From positions 2,263 through 66,262 of the IMG/VR virus record IMGVR_UViG_3300012665_000475: a DNA stretch of 64,000 bases; one strand, given 5' to 3'. This document shows positions 27,460-35,799 of this stretch, piece by piece (within the stretch, counting starts at the first letter, position 1; every line of letters begins with the position of its first letter). A model generated the notes under the pieces. The model searched no databases. It was not told where the DNA came from and saw nothing but the letters and a program-made list of their open reading frames with translations. This DNA is from a virus (taxonomy: Duplodnaviria; Caudoviricetes). The position numbers and the translations under genes were made by a program.

Positions 27460-28052
27460 TATTTCTTAAGTTTATTAATTGCGTTTTTAACTTCATTAGA
27501 TAATTCGTACTTCTTGGATAAGTTCTTGAACACATCCTCAGACTTTAATCCTATGTTATCGACAACATAGTTGACTACTTTCTCCCAGTTCGCATCTCCT
27601 ACTGCAAGAGCAATCTTGCCCGCAGGTTTAGCCACCACCTTAGCAGGTGTGCCATCGGTTGCCTCAGGGAAATCTTCTTTGGCATAGATGTTAAGAGCCA
27701 AGCCATGTAATGCCAACGCCTTCACCGTAGAACGCTGAATAGTTTTGTTCACATCGAACGATGTAAGACTAGCTAATGGGATTGACTTGTTCATGTGATT
27801 CATTACTGGCAAGTAGTCAATGTACTCCAAGCCATTGATGGTAACACCCACCTTTACCCAAGCCGTAGCCCCATCTGAAAAGTAATTCATCCCAGTCTCT
27901 GACTCATACACAACACGAGTCATATCAGGAAATAATTTCTTGCATTCTGCCCAAGCAGTAGCCCAAGAAAGGTAAGATAATTGACCTCTCTTCTCGACTT
28001 TGGATGAGAGGTTGAGAGCAGATAACTGCTCGAACACTGATTTGTTAGACAT
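27459..28052 (-). CDS. sak: Sak (Rad52-like, DUF1071) single-strand annealing protein
   Basis: VEKRGQLSYLSWATAW, VKVGVTI, LPVM, VNKTIQRSTVKALALHGLALNIYAKED. Confidence 0.85.
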   Translation of the reverse strand: MSNKSVFEQLSALNLSSKVEKRGQLSYLSWATAWAECKKLFPDMTRVVYESETGMNYFSDGATAWVKVGVTINGLEYIDYLPVMNHMNKSIPLASLTSFDVNKTIQRSTVKALALHGLALNIYAKEDFPEATDGTPAKVVAKPAGKIALAVGDANWEKVVNYVVDNIGLKSEDVFKNLSKKYELSNEVKNAINKLKK

Positions 28053-28076
28053 AATAAATTAGATTAAAGTGAACGA

Positions 28077-28084
28077 CAAATTTA
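28077..28084 (-). promoter_or_regulatory. Bacteroidota -7 box (TAAATTTG on minus strand)
   Basis: CAAATTTA on plus strand, 24 nt upstream of the sak start. Confidence 0.5.
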
Positions 28085-28390
28085 ATTTTTTTCTTGGAAT
28101 AAACAATAGCCAAGCAATAAATAGTTATACAAATCTGCAAATCTTGATGACAAAGGTTCAGCAGGTTTTAGATCAGGATTCTTGATGTGTGCCTGAATAG
28201 AGCTCAATTGCTTATCAAAAAAGATTGACCACACTTGTAATGGAGTGACACCTGCACGCTTAGCAGACTCCTTAAAATTGTTAAGAATATCTATATTCTC
28301 TAGTGTATACTCAGGTTGCTTTGCCTCTCTGATGGACATCGCATGGTTGTATAGCGTATCGTACGCCTCGTTGAATTGTTCTTGTGTCAT
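28082..28390 (-). CDS. Small all-alpha protein, DUF1599/nucleotide-modification-associated-like
   Basis: K..EY.......NF and E.L.SRF.DL.NY..L motifs. Confidence 0.5.
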   Translation of the reverse strand: MTQEQFNEAYDTLYNHAMSIREAKQPEYTLENIDILNNFKESAKRAGVTPLQVWSIFFDKQLSSIQAHIKNPDLKPAEPLSSRFADLYNYLLLGYCLFQEKN

Positions 28391-28396
28391 TATATT

Positions 28397-28528
28397 TTAA
28401 TTTAAAAAATCTTCACCTTTATAATCAGGATGGTTTTTATTCATATCATCTATGCCGTTCACCCATAAGTAAACAAGTGGTGCGAGCACCAAGATATGTA
28501 TGATAAATAAAGCGATGAATGTTGTCAT
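28397..28528 (-). CDS. Small single-TM membrane protein (43 aa)
   Basis: Translated by hand: MTTFIALFIIHILVLAPLVYLWVNGIDDMNKNHPDYKGEDFLN; fills the gap between annotated ORFs. Confidence 0.55.
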   Translation of the reverse strand: MTTFIALFIIHILVLAPLVYLWVNGIDDMNKNHPDYKGEDFLN

Positions 28529-28785
28529 ACTAAATATCTGTCTATTGCATTAGTTAATTGCTCGTAATTTAAAGCACTAGCTATCTTAATGTTAAAGTAG
28601 CGTTGTTGTTCCAACCAATGCTCAGGTAGAGCATCGAATTGGATGAGTAGGTAATGGTAATCTCCTGATGCTTTAAGCACCAATAGATTCTTACCACCTA
28701 CCACACTTGCATACCGCAACCCTCTCTCCCGAAGGTGTCTACGTGTCTTGGACAATAGTCCATCAGGCGTAATCTTGCGTCCCAT
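28525..28785 (-). CDS. Hypothetical protein
   Basis: 86-aa ORF coupled to neighbours. Confidence 0.5.
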   Translation of the reverse strand: MGRKITPDGLLSKTRRHLRERGLRYASVVGGKNLLVLKASGDYHYLLIQFDALPEHWLEQQRYFNIKIASALNYEQLTNAIDRYLV

Positions 28786-29050
28786 TTCTTAGAACTGGCA
28801 CATGGCCAGATTTAATTAAGCGTCTTTTTTTATAGTCAATGTATTTGTAAAAAGTAAAATGACCTAACTTGTGGCGTTGCAATCGCACACGCTTATCACA
28901 ATCATCGCAGGTAGTGTGCATCGTGCACACATTGTTTGAGCGTTCGAATATCTTACGTAAGACATTCACATCGTGCTTGTGCCCACACCATGGGCAAGCC
29001 GTATTGGATTCCTCAAATCCTTCTCTCGATCTAGCTATTCTTTGCATCAC
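28763..29050 (-). CDS. Zn-ribbon hypothetical protein
   Basis: CPWCGH and CDDC Cys pairs. Confidence 0.6.
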   Translation of the reverse strand: MMQRIARSREGFEESNTACPWCGHKHDVNVLRKIFERSNNVCTMHTTCDDCDKRVRLQRHKLGHFTFYKYIDYKKRRLIKSGHVPVLRNGTQDYA

Positions 29051-29178
29051 GATAGTTTAATTAAAATGTACGTGCAGGCTAATGCACTAAGCGTGCCCGC
29101 TATTCCTATTAACACACCAATAACAAATTGTCTGAAGGCAATCTCTGAGACTTCCTTGCAATTAAATTTTTCTTCCAT
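29047..29178 (-). CDS. Small single-TM membrane protein (43 aa)
   Basis: MEEKFNCKEVSEIAFRQFVIGVLIGIAGTLSALACTYILIKLS; stop overlaps the next start. Confidence 0.5.
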   Translation of the reverse strand: MEEKFNCKEVSEIAFRQFVIGVLIGIAGTLSALACTYILIKLS

Positions 29179-29527
29179 CTCTTTCTCTAGCTAGTTCTTG
29201 TTTAGATTTAGCGGTTACCAGGTTAGTAGTGCCCGTTTGATTTTTCTCAAATTCTTTAATCTTTTTAATGCCATATAATATGGACGAGTGATCAATTGGA
29301 TATCCATACCTCTCGCAGTATCTCTGTATCTCCCATAACTTTATACCCTCGCTTTCACATAAGGCATAGAAGTGATGGCGAGCTGATACAATAGGGGATA
29401 GCTTTGTATTAAGAAACATATCCTTCTTTCTAATTCGGTGGCGATAGCAGATTCTCCTTGAGATTCTATCTATCTTTTCTACATCTGATATCATATGATA
29501 ATTAGTAACACAATTGTAATTAACCAA
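29162..29527 (-). CDS. DnaA C-terminal (domain IV)-like helix-turn-helix protein (start may be ~29494)
   Basis: I...IC.......KDM.........VSARH...AL.......L.EI........DHSSILYGIKKI mirrors the DnaA-C signature (R...ARQ...DHTTV.HA..KI). Confidence 0.6.
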   Translation of the reverse strand: MVNYNCVTNYHMISDVEKIDRISRRICYRHRIRKKDMFLNTKLSPIVSARHHFYALCESEGIKLWEIQRYCERYGYPIDHSSILYGIKKIKEFEKNQTGTTNLVTAKSKQELARERDGRKI

Positions 29528-29820
29528 AGAGCAATCATAAAAATTGCAAAACGCTTTCTCTTATTCATACCTTTAAAATATAATGAGCGTACAAGAATAG
29601 GCTCACTGCCCATACTAACCACACTGAGATTGCAGTGTACACAATTGTTTTTTCTTTCTTATCCATTGCTATTCTTTTTTAAATCTTCAACATACACTGC
29701 CATTGATAATACTAAAACACCCGCAGTAAATAATAAAAATGTGGCCGTTAAATACGTTAACAATCCGCTGATAAATGCTAGGGCAAATAAGCCGTAGGAA
29801 ATTTTAAATAGTGAATTCAT
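29491..29820 (-). CDS. Three coupled tiny hydrophobic ORFs (29659-29820, 53 aa; 29565-29666, 33 aa; 29491-29568, 25 aa)
   Basis: Hand translation: MNSLFKISYGLFALAFISGLLTYLTATFLLFTAGVLVLSMAVYVEDLKKNSNG; MDKKEKTIVYTAISVWLVWAVSLFLYAHYILKV; MNKRKRFAIFMIALWLITIVLLIII; stops overlap the next starts. Confidence 0.5.
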
Positions 29821-30059
29821 ATTTCTGTATATTGTGAGATTATCTCATCGAAATCTCTGATTAAATTTTTACTTATATTGTCGTAGCTAGTCCATAACCA
29901 ATCGCTACCATCGTAGCACTGGAGAATATATTTCTTGGTGATCGGGTCTCGAGTAAACTTCATTTGCACCGTACGTTTGGTTGCGGTCGGTAGGTAGAAT
30001 GTCCCCCCTTTCGTGCCAGAAATTATCAGTTCTCTGAATCTGTCTATTTGCTCTATCAT
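29817..30059 (-). CDS. Hypothetical protein
   Basis: 80-aa ORF coupled to neighbours. Confidence 0.5.
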   Translation of the reverse strand: MIEQIDRFRELIISGTKGGTFYLPTATKRTVQMKFTRDPITKKYILQCYDGSDWLWTSYDNISKNLIRDFDEIISQYTEI

Positions 30060-30182
30060 TTTCTAGTTGGTTTATAAACTGCTGATGCTTTGCATTATTG
30101 TATTGCTCCACAAAAATTATTATATCTCTATTGTACTCGCAAGCCTGCCCAAACTGAGCGTACTCGCACCATTCGTTGTATG

Positions 30183-30857
30183 TCATTTGCTCCATTGTTT
30201 AGCGATGGCCTTGGCCATTCCTTGAAAAGTTTTACTGCGTAATGTTCTGCGTTGCTCGGGTGTCTTGGCTTCGCTCAATGCTTTGTAGTACCACATAGGT
30301 TGCTTTTTTGTTTTACCCGTTTTACTATCAGTCCATTCAAAGAATTCCCCTTTCTCTACTATATCTGTAGGTACAAGTTTAGGCAACCCTTTCAACCAAA
30401 AGCATGTAGACTTACTTGCTTTATCACCAAACATCCATGGCTGTACAATTTGATCAGGCTTACGCCATTGACTAGAAAGTGAGCCTATTGGATTCTCAAT
30501 TGCGATGCACGGAATATCACACTCATATAATCTCTTGGCAAATGCTACCGCATGATCTCTATCCTTGATACGATTAGGATATCTAGGATGAGGTCTTCTC
30601 TCCTGGGTTGGCAGATGTTTATCATCGGGATGATATAACCACCCTGCACCACTAGCAGAAAGAAACGTACATGGTGGGTGGGCAATCATTATATCCCACC
30701 CATCATTAATAATCTCAAATACATCCCCTTGTATATGCCACTCAGGATGACCACCACTGCATGGCAATAGGTCGCAACTGAATGCCTCATGACCTAAGGC
30801 TCTTAACTCTTTTGTTATTGCTTGGCTTTCCTCACAAGCTACTAATATTCGTTTCAT
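30183..30857 (-). CDS. C5-cytosine DNA methyltransferase (short type)
   Basis: ILVACEES (motif I variant), SCD, IAHPPCT (catalytic PC), IENP (motif VI), K.TCFWL, RSKTF.G.A.A.A.QW (motif X). Confidence 0.8.
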   Translation of the reverse strand: MKRILVACEESQAITKELRALGHEAFSCDLLPCSGGHPEWHIQGDVFEIINDGWDIMIAHPPCTFLSASGAGWLYHPDDKHLPTQERRPHPRYPNRIKDRDHAVAFAKRLYECDIPCIAIENPIGSLSSQWRKPDQIVQPWMFGDKASKSTCFWLKGLPKLVPTDIVEKGEFFEWTDSKTGKTKKQPMWYYKALSEAKTPEQRRTLRSKTFQGMAKAIAKQWSK

Positions 30858-31116
30858 ATTTTAATTCATTTATATGTTTACCAATTGATATAATTCTTAA
30901 TGCTTTGAAATCGCTTATCTCGTAGTAATCAGCGAATGCTTGCAAGGTGATAAAGTTATTGAGCCAATCTAAATACATCATCTCAATTCTAATTCTCTTT
31001 CCATTGAATGCATTACATCTTTCACAGATGTCACCATCAAACCATAGGTCATGCCGACCTTGCAATTCGCCACATTCGTAGCAAGACCAAATGTCTTCGT
31101 GCTTTGTAAGTCCCAT
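30832..31116 (-). CDS. Hypothetical early protein
   Basis: CYEC/CERC pair plus MYLDWLNNF.T...FADYY motif. Confidence 0.55.
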   Translation of the reverse strand: MGLTKHEDIWSCYECGELQGRHDLWFDGDICERCNAFNGKRIRIEMMYLDWLNNFITLQAFADYYEISDFKALRIISIGKHINELKYETNISSL

Positions 31117-31123
31117 CTTATTA

Positions 31124-31366
31124 TTAATTAAAATCTAGTATGTTATTTTCAGCTACTATAATTGCTCCATTAATTTCGTTAACATCAGATTCATTAACCT
31201 CTAGGTATGCATCCCATCCTATTACATGCTCTAGTAATTCAGTCACATCATCTTTGTTGGGATCGAATCCTACTAATTCCCATCTATCCTGGAAATCTAC
31301 CAAGAATCTATAGTCTTGTTTTTTGAATGATGTGATTGCATCCACACCTAATAAAAAGTATCTCAT
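31124..31366 (-). CDS. Hypothetical early protein
   Basis: 80-aa acidic ORF, tightly packed. Confidence 0.55.
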   Translation of the reverse strand: MRYFLLGVDAITSFKKQDYRFLVDFQDRWELVGFDPNKDDVTELLEHVIGWDAYLEVNESDVNEINGAIIVAENNILDFN

Positions 31367-31367
31367 G

Positions 31368-31589
31368 TTAGTCTTCGTTTGGATTATTTAAAAACATAAT
31401 TGATGTCAAGTCTGAATTTGTTTCTCCATCATACAAATCCTCCTCCACATGGTGAATAATTTCTACATCTGAATCTCTGTCCTCACGATAGTAAAGACTT
31501 ACACCTGATAGGTCATAGACCTTGTCTAATTCCAATAGATAATTTAAAAGTTCTTTAGCATTCATCTTAGTCTTCGTTTGCGTATTCAA
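31368..31589 (-). CDS. Hypothetical early protein
   Basis: 73-aa acidic ORF, tightly packed. Confidence 0.55.
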   Translation of the reverse strand: MNTQTKTKMNAKELLNYLLELDKVYDLSGVSLYYREDRDSDVEIIHHVEEDLYDGETNSDLTSIMFLNNPNED

Positions 31590-32040
31590 AAAATAATTCT
31601 TCTAATTCTTTAATCTCTTCTTCTGTACAGAAGTCAAACTGCTTGATGAAGTCATCGAATGGCTCAGCATCATCTAACCTATGCATCACCTCCATTTCAA
31701 TGAACTCAAACCAATCCATAAAATGATATCGACCCTCTAGATAATCGAACTGCAAGTCCATAATTTTGACACCATCTTTGTAGCTTAACTTTCCTGCAAA
31801 ACCTGCACCTGCCTCGCTGTATTCGCACTCGATAAGTACACCAAATTCTTTGCTTGTATTTTGTATCCACTCCTCGGGTGGTGACCACTTAGTTTCTGAA
31901 CTGAATGTAAGTTCAGTCCCATCATTTAATATTGTTTCTAATGAATACATGTCATCACTCATTCTCATGTCTTCATCTAGTTTTTGGATTGCCTCCGCAT
32001 CCCCGAAAGCTTGCATCCAATTGTAACAAATATTTGCCAT
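31567..32040 (-). CDS. YubB/DUF1281-like ferredoxin-fold protein
   Basis: MAN.C.N, F.SETKWSPP, Y.EAG.GFAG motifs. Confidence 0.6.
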   Translation of the reverse strand: MANICYNWMQAFGDAEAIQKLDEDMRMSDDMYSLETILNDGTELTFSSETKWSPPEEWIQNTSKEFGVLIECEYSEAGAGFAGKLSYKDGVKIMDLQFDYLEGRYHFMDWFEFIEMEVMHRLDDAEPFDDFIKQFDFCTEEEIKELEELFFEYANED

Positions 32041-32072
32041 CTTAAATTGTATTTAAAGTTTAGAATTGATTA

Positions 32073-32357
32073 TTAACGTGTCATCGCAAGCTTGCGATTT
32101 GGGTTGTCTTCAAATGCTTTGGTGCATTCCGCTTTTATGTCGGCATCTACAATCTCCCATATACCTTCATATTGTCCAAACCTGCTAGAATATGTGCATA
32201 CATTAAGTATGCCTTTATTTTTTTTAACATAGTCTCTTATTTCATGCATATCCTTGCCGAAAACTTCATACATACTTAATGTACCCTTTTGACCCCACTT
32301 ATCTACATCGCAAGTGGCATGAAATTCTACTAGTTTTTGTTTAATTAAATCCTGCAT
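32073..32357 (-). CDS. Hypothetical early protein
   Basis: 94-aa ORF in the early cluster. Confidence 0.55.
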   Translation of the reverse strand: MQDLIKQKLVEFHATCDVDKWGQKGTLSMYEVFGKDMHEIRDYVKKNKGILNVCTYSSRFGQYEGIWEIVDADIKAECTKAFEDNPNRKLAMTR

Positions 32358-32358
32358 C

Positions 32359-32568
32359 TTATAAGGTGTTTAAAAAGTTTAAAATTGATTGCGTTTTTGT
32401 AGTGTATTGACCTATGTATTCGGTCAATGCATCATCGATCTCGGTAAAAATTGAACATTCCAGTATGTCCTGGGTTTCCCGATTGAACACCTTTACAATG
32501 ATTACACCTGCATCAGATGCTACCACATGTAGGCTATATTCGCCTTGATTAATTATCTTTCTTGCCAT
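32359..32568 (-). CDS. Hypothetical early protein
   Basis: 69-aa ORF in the early cluster. Confidence 0.5.
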   Translation of the reverse strand: MARKIINQGEYSLHVVASDAGVIIVKVFNRETQDILECSIFTEIDDALTEYIGQYTTKTQSILNFLNTL

Positions 32569-32570
32569 CT

Positions 32571-32846
32571 CTATGCTTCTAAATATGTTTGAATATTATC
32601 TTTTAATTTATTGTATACAAACCTTTGAACTTCAGCAGATGCTAATGTATCATTTAGGATTTGCATTAATACCTCATGGGATAATTCATTATCCATCTGT
32701 AGGGTATTACGATTTAAATCTGATATCGCATCGATGGCATCATCAATTGTAAACCCGCCTTGCGTTGCAATCTCTTTTGGGTCTATAACCTCAAGCCCTC
32801 TTGAGTATATCTCCTTTGTCAATTCAATTGTGCTGTAATTTTTCAT
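32571..32846 (-). CDS. Hypothetical early protein
   Basis: 91-aa ORF in the early cluster. Confidence 0.5.
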   Translation of the reverse strand: MKNYSTIELTKEIYSRGLEVIDPKEIATQGGFTIDDAIDAISDLNRNTLQMDNELSHEVLMQILNDTLASAEVQRFVYNKLKDNIQTYLEA

Positions 32847-32857
32847 ATTATTTTAGG

Positions 32858-33367
32858 TTAAATAAATTTTAAGTTAGTATTGAGTATTTTGTTGCCTTCG
32901 GAAATTAATTTGTCGCAGGTTTTGCGGAGCATATCCCTGCCACTTGTGTTCATAATCATTTGAGATATGGTCACTTTGCTCGTGCCTCTATTAAACGTCA
33001 TGATGGCAAACGTACCTTTGCTTTCATCTTTGGTATAACAAATTCCCTTCTCGAAATTCTTTTCCATTCGTGCCCTATCTTTCTTTTCATAGTGCTCTTT
33101 TAACCAATCCTCAAATATTATATCCACAAGGGTAAACGTGTCATAATATTCCCCCTCGTTTGCATCCGCAAAAGCTTTGCAATAGTCTCTAATCTCTTTG
33201 TAGTCCTGCATGTTAGTGGTCTGAATATCCGTAGGCCCTCCATGCCCTTGATTATAGGCTATACCTACTTTCTTACCTTTGAAATAAATCGTAGCTTGAA
33301 AACAATTTGTTTCCTCTGAATTCCATTCAGAAAATTTTACGTTTTTTAATTGAATTGCATTTTTCAT
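32858..33367 (-). CDS. Hypothetical early protein
   Basis: LKNVK....SEETNCF.A.IY..GKK.G..N.G.GG motif recurrent in Bacteroidota phage early genes. Confidence 0.6.
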   Translation of the reverse strand: MKNAIQLKNVKFSEWNSEETNCFQATIYFKGKKVGIAYNQGHGGPTDIQTTNMQDYKEIRDYCKAFADANEGEYYDTFTLVDIIFEDWLKEHYEKKDRARMEKNFEKGICYTKDESKGTFAIMTFNRGTSKVTISQMIMNTSGRDMLRKTCDKLISEGNKILNTNLKFI

Positions 33368-33375
33368 TTTTGTAT

Positions 33376-33564
33376 TTATTTGATGTGATTAATTAGATTA
33401 TTTAATTCGAATACAAAGCCCAAATGTCTTGGGTATTTTTTATACATGTATTCAATACACGTATTTAGGTTTACACGTTTAAGCTTTACAATTTTTTTAG
33501 TCGCTACAATGTAGTCGAATTCGTTTGTGTATGTGTACACGTTAAAAATAAAGGTAGTTTGCAT
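33376..33564 (-). CDS. Hypothetical early protein
   Basis: 62-aa ORF in operon orientation. Confidence 0.45.
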   Translation of the reverse strand: MQTTFIFNVYTYTNEFDYIVATKKIVKLKRVNLNTCIEYMYKKYPRHLGFVFELNNLINHIK

Positions 33565-33596
33565 CTTGTTTGAGGATTAAATTATTAGATAGGGGA

Positions 33597-34295
33597 TTAT
33601 GCAACCACAAACCCCGTTTTGTCTTTCTTTGCTTTGCCTTTAGCTTTTAGCCCTAGGATAACAGCACCCGAATCAAGCATTAAATCGTCCGCTTTATCGC
33701 CATCTATTACGATTGTTCCTAGGTAGGTTTGTGGGAGCTCGTTTTTGTGGTGAAATACTACGGACACGGGCACGCCATAGCTAAGGGCTTGCAATGCTTC
33801 GGCCTCGTTATTTTCAGCCCTTGAAAAGGTCAATTTGTAACGAGATCCCGCATACTTTTTTACTTTGCCTAAAATCTTTGTATAGTCGTAAAATTCTAAA
33901 TTTTGGAATGCCTCCAAAACATCTAAACCGATTTGATTTTTGATAATTGCAATAAAATCAAGGTCACTAGTGCCGTTTAATCTAACAGCAATTTTAGCCC
34001 CTTTCTTTTGTGCTTTCTTGTTTAACAATTCTAATTCCTTTGCAATTTGTTCACAAAATTGTTTTTTAGAATTGATATAAAATTCAGTACGATTTTGGCG
34101 GGCTTGCTGTATGCTATTGAATGCACCACGTCCCGCAGTAAATAAACAGCCAAAAATACAACCTATTGAAGCATTAGGACAAACATTTACCCCTTTGCTG
34201 TTTTGTGTATACGGGGATAAATAAAGGATATGCGTTTCTAAAATGTTTTTTGCTGTTTTTGCGTTTGTTGTTCCTTTGCTTAATAACGTTTTCAT
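33597..34295 (-). CDS. GP88-like phage protein (likely start MKTLLSKG at 34295)
   Basis: N.K..K, YL.P, CP.AS.GC..GCL..AGRG, RLNGTSD, FYDYTK, Y.LTFS, DGD..D, I.GLKAKG motifs. Confidence 0.7.
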   Translation of the reverse strand: MKTLLSKGTTNAKTAKNILETHILYLSPYTQNSKGVNVCPNASIGCIFGCLFTAGRGAFNSIQQARQNRTEFYINSKKQFCEQIAKELELLNKKAQKKGAKIAVRLNGTSDLDFIAIIKNQIGLDVLEAFQNLEFYDYTKILGKVKKYAGSRYKLTFSRAENNEAEALQALSYGVPVSVVFHHKNELPQTYLGTIVIDGDKADDLMLDSGAVILGLKAKGKAKKDKTGFVVA

Positions 34296-34346
34296 AATAG
34301 TATTGATATAAGGTGAAAAATGTTTTTGTGTTGCTGTTTGTTGATG

Positions 34347-34378
34347 CAATACTAGGAGGCTTTTTTTTATTGTGCAAA
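34347..34378 (-). promoter_or_regulatory. Candidate early promoter (-33 TTTG, 20-nt spacer, -7 TAGTATTG)
   Basis: Minus strand reads ATATTTG-CACAATAAAAAAAAGCCTCC-TAGTATTG, ~50 nt upstream of the first leftward gene; one mismatch to TAnnTTTG. Confidence 0.45.
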
Positions 34379-34944
34379 TATTTTGATGAAAATTTGTTAA
34401 AAATATGTTGAAAAAAAATAGGTCAATATACTGGAAATTCATAGAAATTTAATAAAAATATTGCGTTTCTGCATTGCCAGGGCTGTTGATCATTGGAAAA
34501 GTACAATAAAAATATTTTTTTTGTTGGTAATTGTTTGAGGGGAAAAATAGGTAGTATTTTAGAAAAATTTAAAGAGATGGGGTAAATGCAACGGGGGCAA
34601 AGAGGCGTTTGAGTGCCTGCGATTAAATCGCAATTTTGTTGCGTTTTGTGTTTGCGAAAAAATGCTTATCGCTCGATTGTTCGATAATTAAATAAATGTC
34701 TAAACGTTTCCGAAATGCATTTAGATAAATAGTTAAATAACTAATGAAATGGCGGGGCACAATAAATCGCAATGATTAAAACCTAGCATAGCACAGCATA
34801 GCACAGCTAGAAAAAAGCTAAAAATTCCTAGGCAAAAGTTCAAAATCCGACCCCCCCTATCGATCGATCAGCCGTTTCCCCCGAGGGCCCCGCCGGGAAA
34901 TTTCTAGTGGGTACCCAACACCACTATATATGACATATTCTTTT

Positions 34945-34952
34945 TATCTTTG
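34945..34952 (+). promoter_or_regulatory. Bacteroidota -7 box (TATCTTTG)
   Basis: 21 nt before the ATG at 34974. Confidence 0.6.
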
Positions 34953-34973
34953 CTAAACATAACCCCCAAGACA

Positions 34974-35114
34974 ATGGCAAAAATGATCAAAGAATACGGT
35001 GGAAAAGAGAAGTATGCTTCTAAAGCTGCTATGATGAAACACGAGAAAAAGGAAGGCAAGAAGGTAGAGAAGATGGAGAAGAAAGGTGTCTTTCCAAAGA
35101 TGAAAAAGAAATAG
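34974..35114 (+). CDS. Small Lys/Glu/Met-rich protein (46 aa)
   Basis: MAKMIKEYGGKEKYASKAAMMKHEKKEGKKVEKMEKKGVFPKMKKK; has its own -7 box and terminator. Confidence 0.65.
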   Translation: MAKMIKEYGGKEKYASKAAMMKHEKKEGKKVEKMEKKGVFPKMKKK

Positions 35115-35129
35115 CCAATCACATGGTTA

Positions 35130-35160
35130 GCCCAGGTTCACAAGACTTGGGTCTTTTTTT
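35130..35160 (+). terminator. Intrinsic terminator
   Basis: CCCAGGTT-CACAA-GACTTGGG stem (with G-U pairs) followed by TCTTTTTTT. Confidence 0.65.
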
Positions 35161-35164
35161 GCCC

Positions 35165-35440
35165 TTATATTTTGTACAGATTCTACATTTGTACACAATT
35201 ATGACTTCTTTGTGTACAAAATATGTACAAAAGTATTTTTCTACAATTCTATAACTTATTGATTATTAGTTATTTATATTAAGTATTTATTCTTTTATGA
35301 ACAAAATGAACAAAATAAATAAGAAAAGTAAAAAAAATTTCACACGCTCAAAATAAAAAAATATATTTACGTAATATGGCAAAAAAGTTTGCAAGTTTAC
35401 ATATTGTACATTTCATTTGTTTTTAGTATATTTGTACAAA
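35165..35440. repeat. AT-rich element with TGTACA/TGAACA iterons (copy B)
   Basis: TGTACA at 35173, 35190, 35213, 35224, 35405, 35433; TGAACA at 35298, 35307; shares TTGATTATTAGT and a 36/39-identical block with copy A. Confidence 0.75.
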
Positions 35441-35454
35441 CAATAAAATATAAT

Positions 35455-35748
35455 ATGAAACTCTACAATTCCAAACCCCAAAAACTCATCAGGGTAAACA
35501 TCAAACAGGCTGGTCAGCCAGTTATACATTTGGCATTTGACGAATGCGAATTATTAGATTGTGCTGAGTCACTATTGTCTTATATCAATTCAGACTTGCC
35601 ACAAAAGAGTAGTAGTGAAAAATACAAAATTACTATTCAATGTCGTGAATGGGAGAACTCTAAGAATGGTCTGTCGACTAGTTTTAGTTTTGTTGGACCA
35701 GATAGTTCGTTTGTAAGGGATTGCATTGTCAGTCATTTTGACAATTAA
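35455..35748 (+). CDS. Hypothetical protein (start MKLYNSK)
   Basis: TATATTTG -7 box at 35427-35434 lies 20 nt before this ATG, supporting it over the track start at 35389. Confidence 0.55.
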   Translation: MKLYNSKPQKLIRVNIKQAGQPVIHLAFDECELLDCAESLLSYINSDLPQKSSSEKYKITIQCREWENSKNGLSTSFSFVGPDSSFVRDCIVSHFDN

Positions 35749-35773
35749 TCTTGTTTGGCGTAACAATTGTATA

Positions 35774-35781
35774 TAGATTTG
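35774..35781 (+). promoter_or_regulatory. Bacteroidota -7 box (TAGATTTG) for groEL
   Basis: 18 nt before the groEL ATG. Confidence 0.55.
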
Positions 35782-35799
35782 TAACAAATTAAATTTAAC

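Noticed and set aside
34904-35122. Minus-strand hydrophobic 72-aa ORF
   Set aside because: Antisense to the Lys-rich 34974-35114 ORF, which has its own promoter and terminator; Phe-richness is the complement of AAA/AAG codons.
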